In this document: positions 1 through 9,802 of the stretch, piece after piece
Layout: each line of letters begins with the position of its first letter
Numbering within the stretch: the stretch's first letter is position 1
From: Candidatus Microgenomates bacterium
GTDB taxonomy: Bacteria > Patescibacteriota > Microgenomatia > UBA8517
Length of the DNA stretch: 64,000 bases
Direction: 5' to 3'
Assembly: GCA_049519355.1 (NCBI GenBank)
Contig: JBEKQV010000003.1
Location: 19,646 to 83,645, forward strand
Made by a program: the position numbers and the translations under genes
The notes under the pieces: generated by a model
Database searches by the model: none
Told to the model about the DNA's origin: nothing
What the model saw: the letters and a program-made list of their open reading frames with translations, nothing else

Positions 1-2
1 TT

Positions 3-1172
3 CTGCCGATATTTTCCTCTCTGGTGAAAGCAGCATTGGTTATAATTAGTGTGGTTTTTTTAGGGAAAATTGCAGTTCCTTATTTTGTTCATAAACTTGC
101 AGGAACAAACTCACGCGAACTTCTTCTTTTGTCATCAATTGCAGCGGCTTTGGGTACAGCGGCTGTAACTTCATACTTTGGAATTTCACCTGCTCTTGGG
201 GCTTTTTTGGCGGGAGTGGTTATCTCTGAAAGTCAGGAAAATCATGCGGTTTTTGCGGAAATACGTCCCCTGAGGGACTTGTTTGTGGCTTTATTTTTTG
301 TAACATTGGGATTCCTGGTTAACCCTGCCGTAATTATATCAAAACTGTTTTTAATTGTAGCTTTGGCCTTGATTATCCTGGTTTTAAAGGCCGTTGTTGT
401 TTTTGGGGTAAGTACGGCATTTGGTTATAAGGGAAGGACTGCGATTTCCGAAAGCTTTGGTTTATCCCAGGTTGGCGAGTTTGCCTTTGTCATTTTTTCT
501 TCTGCAATGCTTTTAAAACTAATGAGTTCTCAGGAAACTTCCATTGGCATTTCCGTGACTTTATTGACGCTAATTATTTCTCCGATTCTTTATAACTGGG
601 CAACTCCGTTTTGGCAGAAAATGCGTACTATCACCTCCAAGTCAAAACTGCTTTCGGGACTGTTTCTTGCCGGGGAGAAGCGGCAGCAGGGAGACGCGGA
701 ATTTAGTGATCACATAATAATTTGCGGTTACGGAAGGGTGGGAAAATGGATTGGCAAGGCTTTCCAGGAATTCGGAATTCCATTTGTTGTAATTGATTAT
801 AACCAGAATATTGTCCGCGAGCTAAAAAACGAAAACACTCCGGTCTTGTACGGAGATCCTACCGAGCCGGAGATTCTTGAAGCCGCTGGAATCAGAAATT
901 CAAAAGCGGTAATTTTGGCAATTCCGGATAGAGTTGCTCAGGAAACTTTAATTGCTTATGTTCAGACAGTTGCCCCAAATACTAAAATAATTTCCAGGGC
1001 TCATCAAGATATTGATTGGGATAAGCTAAAAGGCTTAAGAGTTGATAAAGTTGTTCAACCTGAGTTTGAAGCGGCAATCGCAATTATCCGGAACGTTACC
1101 CAATCGATGGGCAAATCAAAAGAAGAAATATCTGCCGTAACAAAAAGTTTAAGATTGTCTCGTTCGCGTTAA
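3..1172 (+). CDS. CPA2-family cation:proton antiporter with C-terminal TrkA-N/KTN domain (KefB/YbaL-like), 5' partial
   Basis: Frame open from window start; LGAFLAG, PLRDLFVALFFVTLG, LSQVGEFAFV and IICGYGRVG Rossmann motif. Confidence 0.92.
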   Translation: MPIFSSLVKAALVIISVVFLGKIAVPYFVHKLAGTNSRELLLLSSIAAALGTAAVTSYFGISPALGAFLAGVVISESQENHAVFAEIRPLRDLFVALFFVTLGFLVNPAVIISKLFLIVALALIILVLKAVVVFGVSTAFGYKGRTAISESFGLSQVGEFAFVIFSSAMLLKLMSSQETSIGISVTLLTLIISPILYNWATPFWQKMRTITSKSKLLSGLFLAGEKRQQGDAEFSDHIIICGYGRVGKWIGKAFQEFGIPFVVIDYNQNIVRELKNENTPVLYGDPTEPEILEAAGIRNSKAVILAIPDRVAQETLIAYVQTVAPNTKIISRAHQDIDWDKLKGLRVDKVVQPEFEAAIAIIRNVTQSMGKSKEEISAVTKSLRLSRSR

Positions 1173-1218
1173 ATTTCTTTGCCGCAACTTTCTTTTTTAA
1201 AGAAAGTGCGAAAGGTGT

Positions 1219-2148
1219 ATGAAATCTGCCCGAAGACGTGCGTTTATTGAACGAAAGAGAAAAAAGGGAAAATTCTTTGGAATTCTTGTCAAAGTTTTTA
1301 CCCCCGTTTTTTTGATTCTTGCGATCTTTGTCTTTATAAGGATCAGTACCCGCTATTGGAACGGACACGACAAAGTCAGCGTTGCATTCAGAGAGGCAAA
1401 TGGGGACGCGGCCATAACGGTAATGGATCCAAAGCTTGATGAAGTAACTACATTTACTATACCGGGCGATACGCAAGTTGAAGTAGCGCGGAATTTCGGG
1501 ACCTTCCGGATTAAAAATGTCTGGCAGCTCGGGATTGATCAAAAAGCCGGCGGAAGTTTGCTGCCGGAGACGATTAGAAATAATTTTCTTTTTCCGGTAT
1601 TTCTTTGGAGCGAGAGCAGTGCAGAAAGTTTAGGAACCGGAAACATGGGCGGAATTTTGCATTTTATTTTTCTTCCAAAAACAACAAATATTCCCTTTGG
1701 GGACAGACTTTCAATGGGAGTTTTTGCTTTTCGTATACAGGATCTTGGCAGAAGTGAGATAGATCTTGGCCAAAGTCAGTTTGTGACAAAGGAAACACTA
1801 AATGACGGGCAAATCGGTTATGTAATTAACGGCCCGATTTCTCAAAGATTAACTGTTTATTTTTCCGATAATGATATTGCGGATGAAAATCTTAGGGTCA
1901 ATATTGTTGATGCTACAGGGGCTCCAGGTGTTTCGGATAATGTCGGGGAAATTTTGGAGGTAATGGGAGGCAAGGTTGTATCGGTTGATAAGAAGTTAAG
2001 TGCCGAAAACTCGGACTGTAGTGTTACCGGAAACAACTCCGAGATTATCCGAAAAGTTTCAGATCTTTTTTCCTGCCGGGTCGTTAAAGGACAGACCGAT
2101 TTTGATCTTGAAATTCAGCTTGGGCAAAAGTTTGCCGCCAGGTTTTAA
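1219..2148 (+). CDS. Membrane-anchored LCP/LytR-like protein with LytR C-terminal domain
   Basis: Basic N-terminus plus one TM; 'TIPGDTQV' LCP-like motif; C-terminal 'VNIVDATGAPG...DLEIQLG' LytR_C pattern. Confidence 0.6.
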   Translation: MKSARRRAFIERKRKKGKFFGILVKVFTPVFLILAIFVFIRISTRYWNGHDKVSVAFREANGDAAITVMDPKLDEVTTFTIPGDTQVEVARNFGTFRIKNVWQLGIDQKAGGSLLPETIRNNFLFPVFLWSESSAESLGTGNMGGILHFIFLPKTTNIPFGDRLSMGVFAFRIQDLGRSEIDLGQSQFVTKETLNDGQIGYVINGPISQRLTVYFSDNDIADENLRVNIVDATGAPGVSDNVGEILEVMGGKVVSVDKKLSAENSDCSVTGNNSEIIRKVSDLFSCRVVKGQTDFDLEIQLGQKFAARF

Positions 2149-2150
2149 AT

Positions 2151-2843
2151 TTACTCTGGAGTTTCTTCCGTAGCCTCGACGATGGGTGTATCTTTATGAA
2201 TCAGTTCTGGGGAAGTAAAGGCAACATAATCTATTTTTTCCGTTGGGAAAGAAGAAATATCCGGGGCTTTGGGGCCGCGTTCAATTTCTCTGATAAAAAC
2301 AGCGACCTCTTTCGGTTCAACTGATTTAATTAAGGTTTGGTATTTATTACCGGCCTTTATTAGATTTCTAAGCCTTGCGGCGATATCGTCGGGGAGGCTT
2401 CCGATGTGTTTCCCGTCAAGTGTGTTTATTGTAACTTTGTGGGGATAGGAAACTAGTTTTACTTCTTCCCCGGGATCGAGATTTGTAAAAACAGAACTAT
2501 CTCCCAAATTAAGGAGCGTTATAAGTCTGGTTTTTCCCGGCTCTTCCAGAAAAGATTCTGAAGAAGTAGGAGTAGAGAACTCACCACTGACTTTTTTTGC
2601 GGTTTTAAGTTTCTCAATAACTTTTAATGCTATCGGGTTAACCGCATCAATTTTTAAAACTTTTTTTGCCATTTCCCTTGCTTGGGAGATTTTTCCAAGT
2701 TCCGTGTAAGCTCGAGCAAGACGATTTAAGGCATCAACATCTTCGGAATTTTCCGAGAGTATTTCGAGATTAATTTTGACTGCCTCGGTCCAGTTTCCGG
2801 AGAGAGCTAAATTGATCGCAAGTTGGGCGGGAGAAGTATCCAT
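2151..2843 (-). CDS. TPR-repeat protein with C-terminal beta domain
   Basis: N-terminal TPR pattern (DVDALNRLARAYTELG...AKKVLKIDAVNPIA). Confidence 0.75.
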   Translation of the reverse strand: MDTSPAQLAINLALSGNWTEAVKINLEILSENSEDVDALNRLARAYTELGKISQAREMAKKVLKIDAVNPIALKVIEKLKTAKKVSGEFSTPTSSESFLEEPGKTRLITLLNLGDSSVFTNLDPGEEVKLVSYPHKVTINTLDGKHIGSLPDDIAARLRNLIKAGNKYQTLIKSVEPKEVAVFIREIERGPKAPDISSFPTEKIDYVAFTSPELIHKDTPIVEATEETPE

Positions 2844-2888
2844 GTATAAGTTAAGCTGTTATTGAGTATAGGGAGCGGGAGATTAATG

Positions 2889-3515
2889 TCAATAGGTTTT
2901 GAATAGGAGTTTTAGTGTAGATTTTGTCATAAGTATCAGGGTGAACCACATTATAGATAAGTCAGTAACGGCAGAGCCGTTTTCCACATAATTGCGGTCA
3001 AGTTTCATCCATTCCTTGAAAGAAAGCCTGTGTGATCCGTTTACAACCCAATTACTGGTTATACCGGGATTGACAAGTTCTCTAACTTTCTCTCCACGGT
3101 TAAGCTTTCGTGCCTCACCAATGGGGAATGGTCTCGGCCCAACGATACTCATTTCGCCCTTGAGGACGTTTATTATTTGGGGTAGTTCGTCAAAACCGGT
3201 TCTTGAAAGGGCCTTCCCAAATTTTGTAAACCTGGGATCATCTTTAATTTTAAAAACAGGTCCGTCAGCTTCGTTGAGTTTTTTGAGCAGGGATTGTTTT
3301 TGGGAAGCACTAGGCGTCATCGTCCTGAATTTGAATATTTTAAATATTTTTCCGTTTTTGCCAACACGGTTTTGAAGAAAAAAAATATCACCTTTCTCAG
3401 TGAGTTTAATTGCCAGTGATGTTAGAGACGCAATAGGAAGTGTAACAATGAGGATAATTATAGAAACCGAAACATCCAAAAACTTTTTTGCAAATGAGGT
3501 GTGATAATCATTCAT
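2889..3515 (-). CDS. Priming undecaprenyl-phosphate sugar-1-phosphate transferase (bacterial sugar transferase family)
   Basis: KFRTM, DDPRFT, DELPQ, GEMSIVGPRP motifs. Confidence 0.93.
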   Translation of the reverse strand: MNDYHTSFAKKFLDVSVSIIILIVTLPIASLTSLAIKLTEKGDIFFLQNRVGKNGKIFKIFKFRTMTPSASQKQSLLKKLNEADGPVFKIKDDPRFTKFGKALSRTGFDELPQIINVLKGEMSIVGPRPFPIGEARKLNRGEKVRELVNPGITSNWVVNGSHRLSFKEWMKLDRNYVENGSAVTDLSIMWFTLILMTKSTLKLLFKTY

Positions 3516-3520
3516 TTAGG

Positions 3521-4510
3521 TCAGAATAAGTTGGCCCAGATAATCATTGCCTCTTTTAGTTTCTTGAAATATATTCCTTTCGGAAATTTAATTTTCTGAG
3601 CCAGTTCAATATAACATGATTTCGGGTTGTTTCCTTTCAAATTTAATTCCTCGACAGATTTCCATAGAATCTCATTAATTTTCATTCCTTTCAGCTCTTT
3701 TGTACGGTTATGTCCCGTGATTGAGGCTTTTTTGTGATTAACGAAAGGGGATCCATTGACAACACCGGTTTTCAGGTGATCCATTATTTTTTTTGAAAAT
3801 ATTCCGGCCCAAATGTCGTCGTATCTGTCATAACTCCATAGTTTTCCTTTGGGATCAGTTCCCATCATTGGGAAAAACATAATCGGTGTCACCTCCCGTT
3901 TAAACGCAAGGTTCATACTACACATCGGATAAAAAAGTCCAAATGGAATAAATTGGGTTAATGGTGGATAATTCTTCTCGTTCAAAATTTTTGGAAGTTT
4001 GATTTCTGTTTTTGCATCCAGGTCAAGTGCTCCGGACCATAGGCCGTGACTTACACTTACGGAATGAACATCTCTATTTTTGTAGGGGAAACCACGGGTG
4101 AACATCCATTTGGGGTTAGGATATGTTGCTTGCCAACCCACCGGTATTTTCCTTCTTAGATTCTCCAAGTGTTTTTTGACAAAATCTTTTTCGGCAGGGT
4201 AGCAGTCATCGTCAATCGTAATGATTACGTCCGCTCCGGCATTATAGGCTTCCCAGAAGCCAAAGGAACGAATTCCTGCATTTTTTCGGGAAAATATCCA
4301 CGATTTTTTACCAAATTCTTCTTCAATATCTTTGTGGGAGAAGACGGTAACTGAGGAAAACTTTAAATCTGGAATTTTGGCTTTTTTCTCCCACCGGTCT
4401 TCAACAATAATCAGGTGACAACCTGAAAATTCATTCTTCCATCTATTTAGAAATGACAAATTTCTTATTGTAGGAATAACAACGAATACTTTTATTCTTT
4501 CATTCTTCAT
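3521..4510 (-). CDS. RGP/GT75-family protein (plant UDP-arabinopyranose mutase-like)
   Basis: VIPTIRNLSFL, TIDDDC, RGFPY, VSHGLW..DLDA, PMCSMNLAF, RYDDIWAG: the motif order of plant reversibly glycosylated polypeptides; start set to ATG 4510. Confidence 0.85.
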   Translation of the reverse strand: MKNERIKVFVVIPTIRNLSFLNRWKNEFSGCHLIIVEDRWEKKAKIPDLKFSSVTVFSHKDIEEEFGKKSWIFSRKNAGIRSFGFWEAYNAGADVIITIDDDCYPAEKDFVKKHLENLRRKIPVGWQATYPNPKWMFTRGFPYKNRDVHSVSVSHGLWSGALDLDAKTEIKLPKILNEKNYPPLTQFIPFGLFYPMCSMNLAFKREVTPIMFFPMMGTDPKGKLWSYDRYDDIWAGIFSKKIMDHLKTGVVNGSPFVNHKKASITGHNRTKELKGMKINEILWKSVEELNLKGNNPKSCYIELAQKIKFPKGIYFKKLKEAMIIWANLF

Positions 4511-4573
4511 GGTATATATTCTATGCACCAAGTTGGTAAACTTGATATAACACTTGCATTAGGCGAATTTATC

Positions 4574-5344
4574 ATGACACGAATCGAAACACAACAATTT
4601 TTTGAGCTTCTCTGGGGGATGACCGAAAGAGAACTTCGGGCAAGGTATAAATATACTGTTTTCGGATTTTTGTGGATTGTATTGAACCCTGCATTTCAAA
4701 TGTTAATAATTGGTTTCATCTTCAGGTTTTTTATGAAAGAGCCAGTTCAGAATTATTACTATTTTCTTTTTATTGGACTTTTGATTTGGAATTTTTTCTC
4801 TTTATCTTTATCGAAAGCAACTCCCTCAATAGTTTTTGAAAGGACGCTTATAAAGAAAGCGAAGTTCTCGCGTTCGATTATCCCCCTGGCAATTGTTTTT
4901 TCTAATTTTGTTCATTTAATGGTCGCGATGGTTCTTCTTACCGTTCCGGTACTTTTTCTTAACACAATGACCATTACGAGTATTTTCTATATTTTAATCG
5001 CATTTGTTCTACTTCTTGTATTTACGTCGGGTATAAGCCTTCTTTGCGCAGCTTTAGATGTCAGATTTCGTGATGTTAATTTTTTTGTACAGGCATTTAT
5101 AATTTTTTGGTTTTATGCAACGCCGATAATATATCCATTATCAATTGTCCCTTATCAGTATTATTGGCTTTGGCGTTTTAATCCGATGACTGAGATGCTT
5201 CAATTTCTTCAGCACGGTTTCTTGGGGATGCCGCTTCCCGGAACGGCGATGATTATTATAAATACTATGCTAATAATAACCGTGGCGGCTGCGGGGATAT
5301 GGGTTTTCGGTAAAGAAAGTAAAAATTTTGACGATTGGGTATAA
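4574..5344 (+). CDS. wzm: ABC-2 polysaccharide export permease (Wzm/TagG)
   Basis: ELRARYK..FGFLW..LNP, RFRDV, FYATPIIYP, NPMT; six TM segments. Confidence 0.92.
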   Translation: MTRIETQQFFELLWGMTERELRARYKYTVFGFLWIVLNPAFQMLIIGFIFRFFMKEPVQNYYYFLFIGLLIWNFFSLSLSKATPSIVFERTLIKKAKFSRSIIPLAIVFSNFVHLMVAMVLLTVPVLFLNTMTITSIFYILIAFVLLLVFTSGISLLCAALDVRFRDVNFFVQAFIIFWFYATPIIYPLSIVPYQYYWLWRFNPMTEMLQFLQHGFLGMPLPGTAMIIINTMLIITVAAAGIWVFGKESKNFDDWV

Positions 5345-5349
5345 ATAAT

Positions 5350-6060
5350 ATGAAAATAGATAAAGATTACGCTATTGAACTTTACGGAATTTCAAAAAAA
5401 TATACTATTCATCACGAAAAACCAACTCTTGTCGAGAAGTTTTTTAAGGGACGGGATGAAAAATTTTTGGCGCTTAATAATATTAATTTAAAAATAAATA
5501 GAGGAGAAAGTGTCGGAATAATCGGGGATAATGGTTCCGGCAAGACCACACTTCTAAAAATAATAGCCGGAATTACGGCTCCATCATCCGGTATTATAAA
5601 AGCCGGTGGCAGGGTTGTATCGATAATAGATCTCAATGCCGGTTTTCATGATGATTTGAGTGGGTTTCAGAATATATATCTGAATGGGATGTTTCTTGGC
5701 ATGACAAAAAAAGAAATTGATAGAAAATTAAGGGACATTATTATTTTTGCAGGAATCAGACAATTTATTGACGCGCCTCTTTTTACCTATTCTCAGGGGA
5801 TGAAATTACGTCTCGGTTTTTCCGTGGCCATACATAGCAATCCTGATATTTTACTTCTCGATGAGAATTTTTCTGTAGGAGATGAAAAATTCAAAAAAAA
5901 ATGCAGAGATATTATTAAAAAATTTAGAAAACAAAAGATGACATTATTAATCGCAAGTCACTGGAAACAGTTTATAGACCAAAACTGTGAACGGATAATC
6001 ACTTTAAAAAACGGAAAAATAATAAAAGATATCCATCCCGGTTTAAAGACAAAATCATGA
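5350..6060 (+). CDS. wzt: ABC polysaccharide export ATPase (Wzt/TagH), no C-terminal carbohydrate-binding domain
   Basis: GDNGSGKTT Walker A, YSQGMKLRLGFS signature, LLLDE Walker B. Confidence 0.93.
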   Translation: MKIDKDYAIELYGISKKYTIHHEKPTLVEKFFKGRDEKFLALNNINLKINRGESVGIIGDNGSGKTTLLKIIAGITAPSSGIIKAGGRVVSIIDLNAGFHDDLSGFQNIYLNGMFLGMTKKEIDRKLRDIIIFAGIRQFIDAPLFTYSQGMKLRLGFSVAIHSNPDILLLDENFSVGDEKFKKKCRDIIKKFRKQKMTLLIASHWKQFIDQNCERIITLKNGKIIKDIHPGLKTKS

Positions 6061-6767
6061 AGGAGACAACTTTAAAAAAATTTCATTTGAGAAAGGCTTA
6101 TTCTATTTATCGAAACATAAAATGGTCCTTCTTCGACCACAGTTTAGTTAGAAAAGACATTGTTTATAGATTGATTAATCATTACGGAGGCGATTCAGGA
6201 CATAAGATAGAAACCCCCAGCGGCAATTTAGGTTTCGGGTTTATACATTATTGCATAATAAGGAATATCAGGCCGGCAAAAGTTTTATGTATAGGTTCAA
6301 GAATGGGTTTTGTTCCCGCGATATGTGCCTTAGCTTGTAAAGACAATCGATACGGTGTGGTGGAATTTGTTGATGCAGGGTTAGATGAGAGTGATAAGAA
6401 AAGCTGGTCGGGTATAGGTTTTTGGAAAAAAACGGATTTAAAGAAGCACTTCAATGTATCTAAGCTTAATAACTGGATTAATACTTACATAATGACATCA
6501 CAGTCTTTTGCGGATGCATACCCTAAGTGGAAATATGATTATATTTACATAGACGGTGACCATTCTTATGGTGGAGTAAAATTGGATTTCAAATTGTTTT
6601 GGCCGCGGCTTAATAAAAACGGGTTCATGGTGTTTCATGATGCAACAGTTAAAAATTGGGGATCTTTAAAAGGATTCGGTGTCTGGAAATTCCTTAAAGA
6701 AAATAAAAATAGACACAAAATAATTTTTCCTCTCAATGAATCCGGTCTGGCAATATTGCAAAAGTAA
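6057..6767 (+). CDS. Class I SAM-dependent methyltransferase (Methyltransf_24-like)
   Basis: VLCIGSRMG, YIYIDGDHSY, GFMVFHD. Confidence 0.85.
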   Translation: MKETTLKKFHLRKAYSIYRNIKWSFFDHSLVRKDIVYRLINHYGGDSGHKIETPSGNLGFGFIHYCIIRNIRPAKVLCIGSRMGFVPAICALACKDNRYGVVEFVDAGLDESDKKSWSGIGFWKKTDLKKHFNVSKLNNWINTYIMTSQSFADAYPKWKYDYIYIDGDHSYGGVKLDFKLFWPRLNKNGFMVFHDATVKNWGSLKGFGVWKFLKENKNRHKIIFPLNESGLAILQK

Positions 6768-6776
6768 TGAATTAAA

Positions 6777-8027
6777 ATGTTCGGAATTAAAACTTTCATT
6801 CAAAAAAGAATTATTTACCCTTCGTATCTTTTTCCGGAAAAAAACGGTAAATTTCCGTCGAAGCCGGTTTCCCAAATAAAAATAAATTCCAGACTTTTTG
6901 CCTTAGAAAACAAACTAAAAGAACAAAGGAGTCTTTCGGGGTATGGCAATCTAATAACTTATCCGCGTCGAGATGCAATAAATGTTTGGAAAAGATTGAT
7001 TAACCTTAACCCCAACAATCTTGGTAATTGGTCTATTCGGGAAGTTGTTCCCGGACACGACGCGGCGGAAATTGAACGGGATTTAATTTTTAAAATGGTT
7101 GATCTTTATCATGGTGATAAGAAGAACCTTGAAGGATATGTAACCAGTGGAGGAACTGAAGCTAATATTTTTTCGGCTTGGGTCGGCTGCAAAAGTTTGC
7201 AAAAACGTGGTATCCAAAGACAACAAATGTGTTTAATAAAAACCAGCCTTACACATTATTCAGTCGGCAAAGCAGCAGATGTTGTAGGAGTACCAACCTA
7301 CGTAGTTGGTTTAGACGAGAAGGAGTGGTCCATGGACGTTAACGGTTTTGTTAAAAAGATCGAAAAGTTATCAAAAAGCGGTATGAAGGGTTTTCTCATT
7401 CCTTTGACACTGGGTTATACGGTTACGGGAACGGCGGACCCCTATGAAAGAATATGTATAGAGATCAAGAAACTTAAAGAACAATATGGAGTGGAGTTTT
7501 TTGTTTGGATGGATGCAGCCTTAAACGGGCTTATAGAACCATTTTTAAATAAAAAATTCAGCCCCTTTGAATTATCGGAAATTCAAATTTTTTTGACCGA
7601 TTTTCACAAATTTGGTTTTGTCCCGATTCCGTCCGGGGTAGTTTTATACCGGAGGAGACTACGAAATTTAATTGAAAAGCAAATTGACTATTTGGATGAA
7701 AAAGATAATACCTTGTTAGGATCGCGAAGCGGTATAGCTCCGGTTGCGTGTTGGACGATTATAAATACATTAGGCAAGAGTGGATTTAAGAAAATAATAA
7801 AACGTAATCTAAACAAGAAACAACAATTTATGAGTATATGCAAGAATAGACACCTTTCCATTATCAATAGTGAACGCAGTCTAAACTGTGGAATTATCTT
7901 AAAAGATATGGCTTTATTTGATAAGAAATTTTCAAATAAATACGGCCTTAACTTTAGGAAGATGAAGTTAATGTTTATATCAAAAAATTCTGAATATAAT
8001 ATTGCAAAAGCATTTTTTCTGAAGTAG
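6777..8027 (+). CDS. Group II PLP-dependent amino acid decarboxylase (serine/histidine/tyrosine decarboxylase-like)
   Basis: NNLG, GYVTSGGTEAN, HYSVGKAA, DAALNG, DFHKFG (PLP lysine), TLLGSRSG. Confidence 0.88.
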   Translation: MFGIKTFIQKRIIYPSYLFPEKNGKFPSKPVSQIKINSRLFALENKLKEQRSLSGYGNLITYPRRDAINVWKRLINLNPNNLGNWSIREVVPGHDAAEIERDLIFKMVDLYHGDKKNLEGYVTSGGTEANIFSAWVGCKSLQKRGIQRQQMCLIKTSLTHYSVGKAADVVGVPTYVVGLDEKEWSMDVNGFVKKIEKLSKSGMKGFLIPLTLGYTVTGTADPYERICIEIKKLKEQYGVEFFVWMDAALNGLIEPFLNKKFSPFELSEIQIFLTDFHKFGFVPIPSGVVLYRRRLRNLIEKQIDYLDEKDNTLLGSRSGIAPVACWTIINTLGKSGFKKIIKRNLNKKQQFMSICKNRHLSIINSERSLNCGIILKDMALFDKKFSNKYGLNFRKMKLMFISKNSEYNIAKAFFLK

Positions 8028-8059
8028 CTTAGCCATATTTCAAAAAGGCAATTATTATT

Positions 8060-8971
8060 ATGCTTATAACTTTCACAACGACTCAACCTAATATTCCCCT
8101 CAAAATCAAAGATTTAGAAAGAATCGGCAAGTTGGAAGTACTTAAAGGAGTTTATAATAAAAGTGCCAAAACAAAAGATATCCTTTCGAGAACAGAGATT
8201 TTACTTGCCAACCCTAAGTATTTTGGAGTTATTGACAGGAAGGTTATTAGTTTATTTAAAAATTTAAAATATCTTTTTTTAATGTCCTCGGGGTTTGACT
8301 GGGTGGATATCGATTATGCCAAATCCCGAAATATTATAGTTGGGGGAGCTAGGGGGACAACTTCTATAAGTGTTGCCGAACATGCTTGGGCTCTCGCTCT
8401 TACGTTGGCAAAATCTCTCCAAAATGTAACAACCAATTCCGCCGGAGTTATTAATACGCAGATTCATGGAAAAACAGTGGGGATATTTGGTTACGGATAC
8501 GTTGGAAAGGCAATAGCAAATATTGCACAAGGCTTCGGTGCCGAAGTTTGTTATACCTCAAGCCACAGATTAAAAGATTTGAGAAATAGACGATTTTTAA
8601 ATAAAGATGAACTATTAAGGAAATCCGACATAATATTTCTTTGTTTGCCATTAACAAAAGATACTAGAAATTATTTAAGTTCGGGTGAAATAGAATTATT
8701 AAAAAAGAATGCAATATTGATTAACACGGCAAGAGAAGATCTGGTAGAAAACAAACCGCTTTTTAAGGCATTGAAAACAGGTAGACTTTTTGGTTATGGG
8801 ATTGATACGGATAAACGAAATTCAACTTTCCTCAAAAAAAATAGGCAACTGCGCATTGTATCAACATTCCACGCGGCGTATCGGACCGCAGAAGCGCTTG
8901 AAGCAATATATTCCGATACTGCAAAAGATGTTGAAGCTTTTATAAAAGGGAAGCCGCTAAGTATTTTATAA
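8060..8971 (+). CDS. D-isomer-specific 2-hydroxyacid dehydrogenase
   Basis: SVAEH, VGIFGYGYVG, LPLTKDT, INTAR, HAAYRT. Confidence 0.88.
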   Translation: MLITFTTTQPNIPLKIKDLERIGKLEVLKGVYNKSAKTKDILSRTEILLANPKYFGVIDRKVISLFKNLKYLFLMSSGFDWVDIDYAKSRNIIVGGARGTTSISVAEHAWALALTLAKSLQNVTTNSAGVINTQIHGKTVGIFGYGYVGKAIANIAQGFGAEVCYTSSHRLKDLRNRRFLNKDELLRKSDIIFLCLPLTKDTRNYLSSGEIELLKKNAILINTAREDLVENKPLFKALKTGRLFGYGIDTDKRNSTFLKKNRQLRIVSTFHAAYRTAEALEAIYSDTAKDVEAFIKGKPLSIL

Positions 8972-9683
8972 ATCTGGATCTCAGTAAATTTTCAAATCTC
9001 TTCAGATCGTGTATAAGAAGATTTATATTATTGTAGTTGAAATCACCAACATTATTTTTGCCCCAGTTATTTATAAAAATTGTTTTAAAACCGAGTTTAC
9101 CGGCAGGAACTATGTCCTGTTTTTCGGAGTCGCCGACATAAATTACATGGTCAGGAAGTATCCGGCCAAGGGATTTTAAAAGTAAATTAAAAGATTTTTT
9201 TGAGGGTTTAAGCTCGTCGAGGTCATTGGTGGTAATTATTTTGACGAAAACTTCCGACGGATTTTTTACTCCCAACTTATGAAGAGAGTTGAAAGTTTGT
9301 TGGATATCGGAATTTGTGAATAGAAAATTTTCCTTTGAACTTATTTTGAAATAGTTGGCCAATTTTAAGTTTTGACGAACGTATTTATCCTTTACGATTC
9401 CTTTTTCGATAGTAAACATAAGTTTTTTTGTATTTAAATTGCCGGTTTCCCGGATAATATCAATCCAATCCACCCCTTTTCTTTCGAGTTCAATAAAATT
9501 ATTTTTATTATTTTTGCTTTGCCTGACATAATACTGAATATATTTTTTACGAAGATGATTAATAAGCGAGGGATTAAAATACAAAGTACCGTCCAAATCC
9601 CAAACAATTATTTTTGCGTGCGAATAATCCTTCAGCAGCAAAAGCAAAGTTTTGTATCTTTTTAATTTTTTTGATAAAGTCAT
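8940..9683 (-). CDS. HAD-superfamily hydrolase/phosphatase
   Basis: WDLDGTLY motif I, FTNS, KP, VGDSEKQDI motif IV. Confidence 0.88.
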   Translation of the reverse strand: MTLSKKLKRYKTLLLLLKDYSHAKIIVWDLDGTLYFNPSLINHLRKKYIQYYVRQSKNNKNNFIELERKGVDWIDIIRETGNLNTKKLMFTIEKGIVKDKYVRQNLKLANYFKISSKENFLFTNSDIQQTFNSLHKLGVKNPSEVFVKIITTNDLDELKPSKKSFNLLLKSLGRILPDHVIYVGDSEKQDIVPAGKLGFKTIFINNWGKNNVGDFNYNNINLLIHDLKRFENLLRSRFIKYLAASLL

Positions 9684-9802
9684 TTTTGCAAATCTGCCTA
9701 ATAATATTTGCTTCGCGGGAAATAAGCAAGAAAATGATTAATATAGAGATATAATGAGGTGGAAAATTTGCTCTCTCGGCGAGCATGCTAAATTATACAT
9801 AA

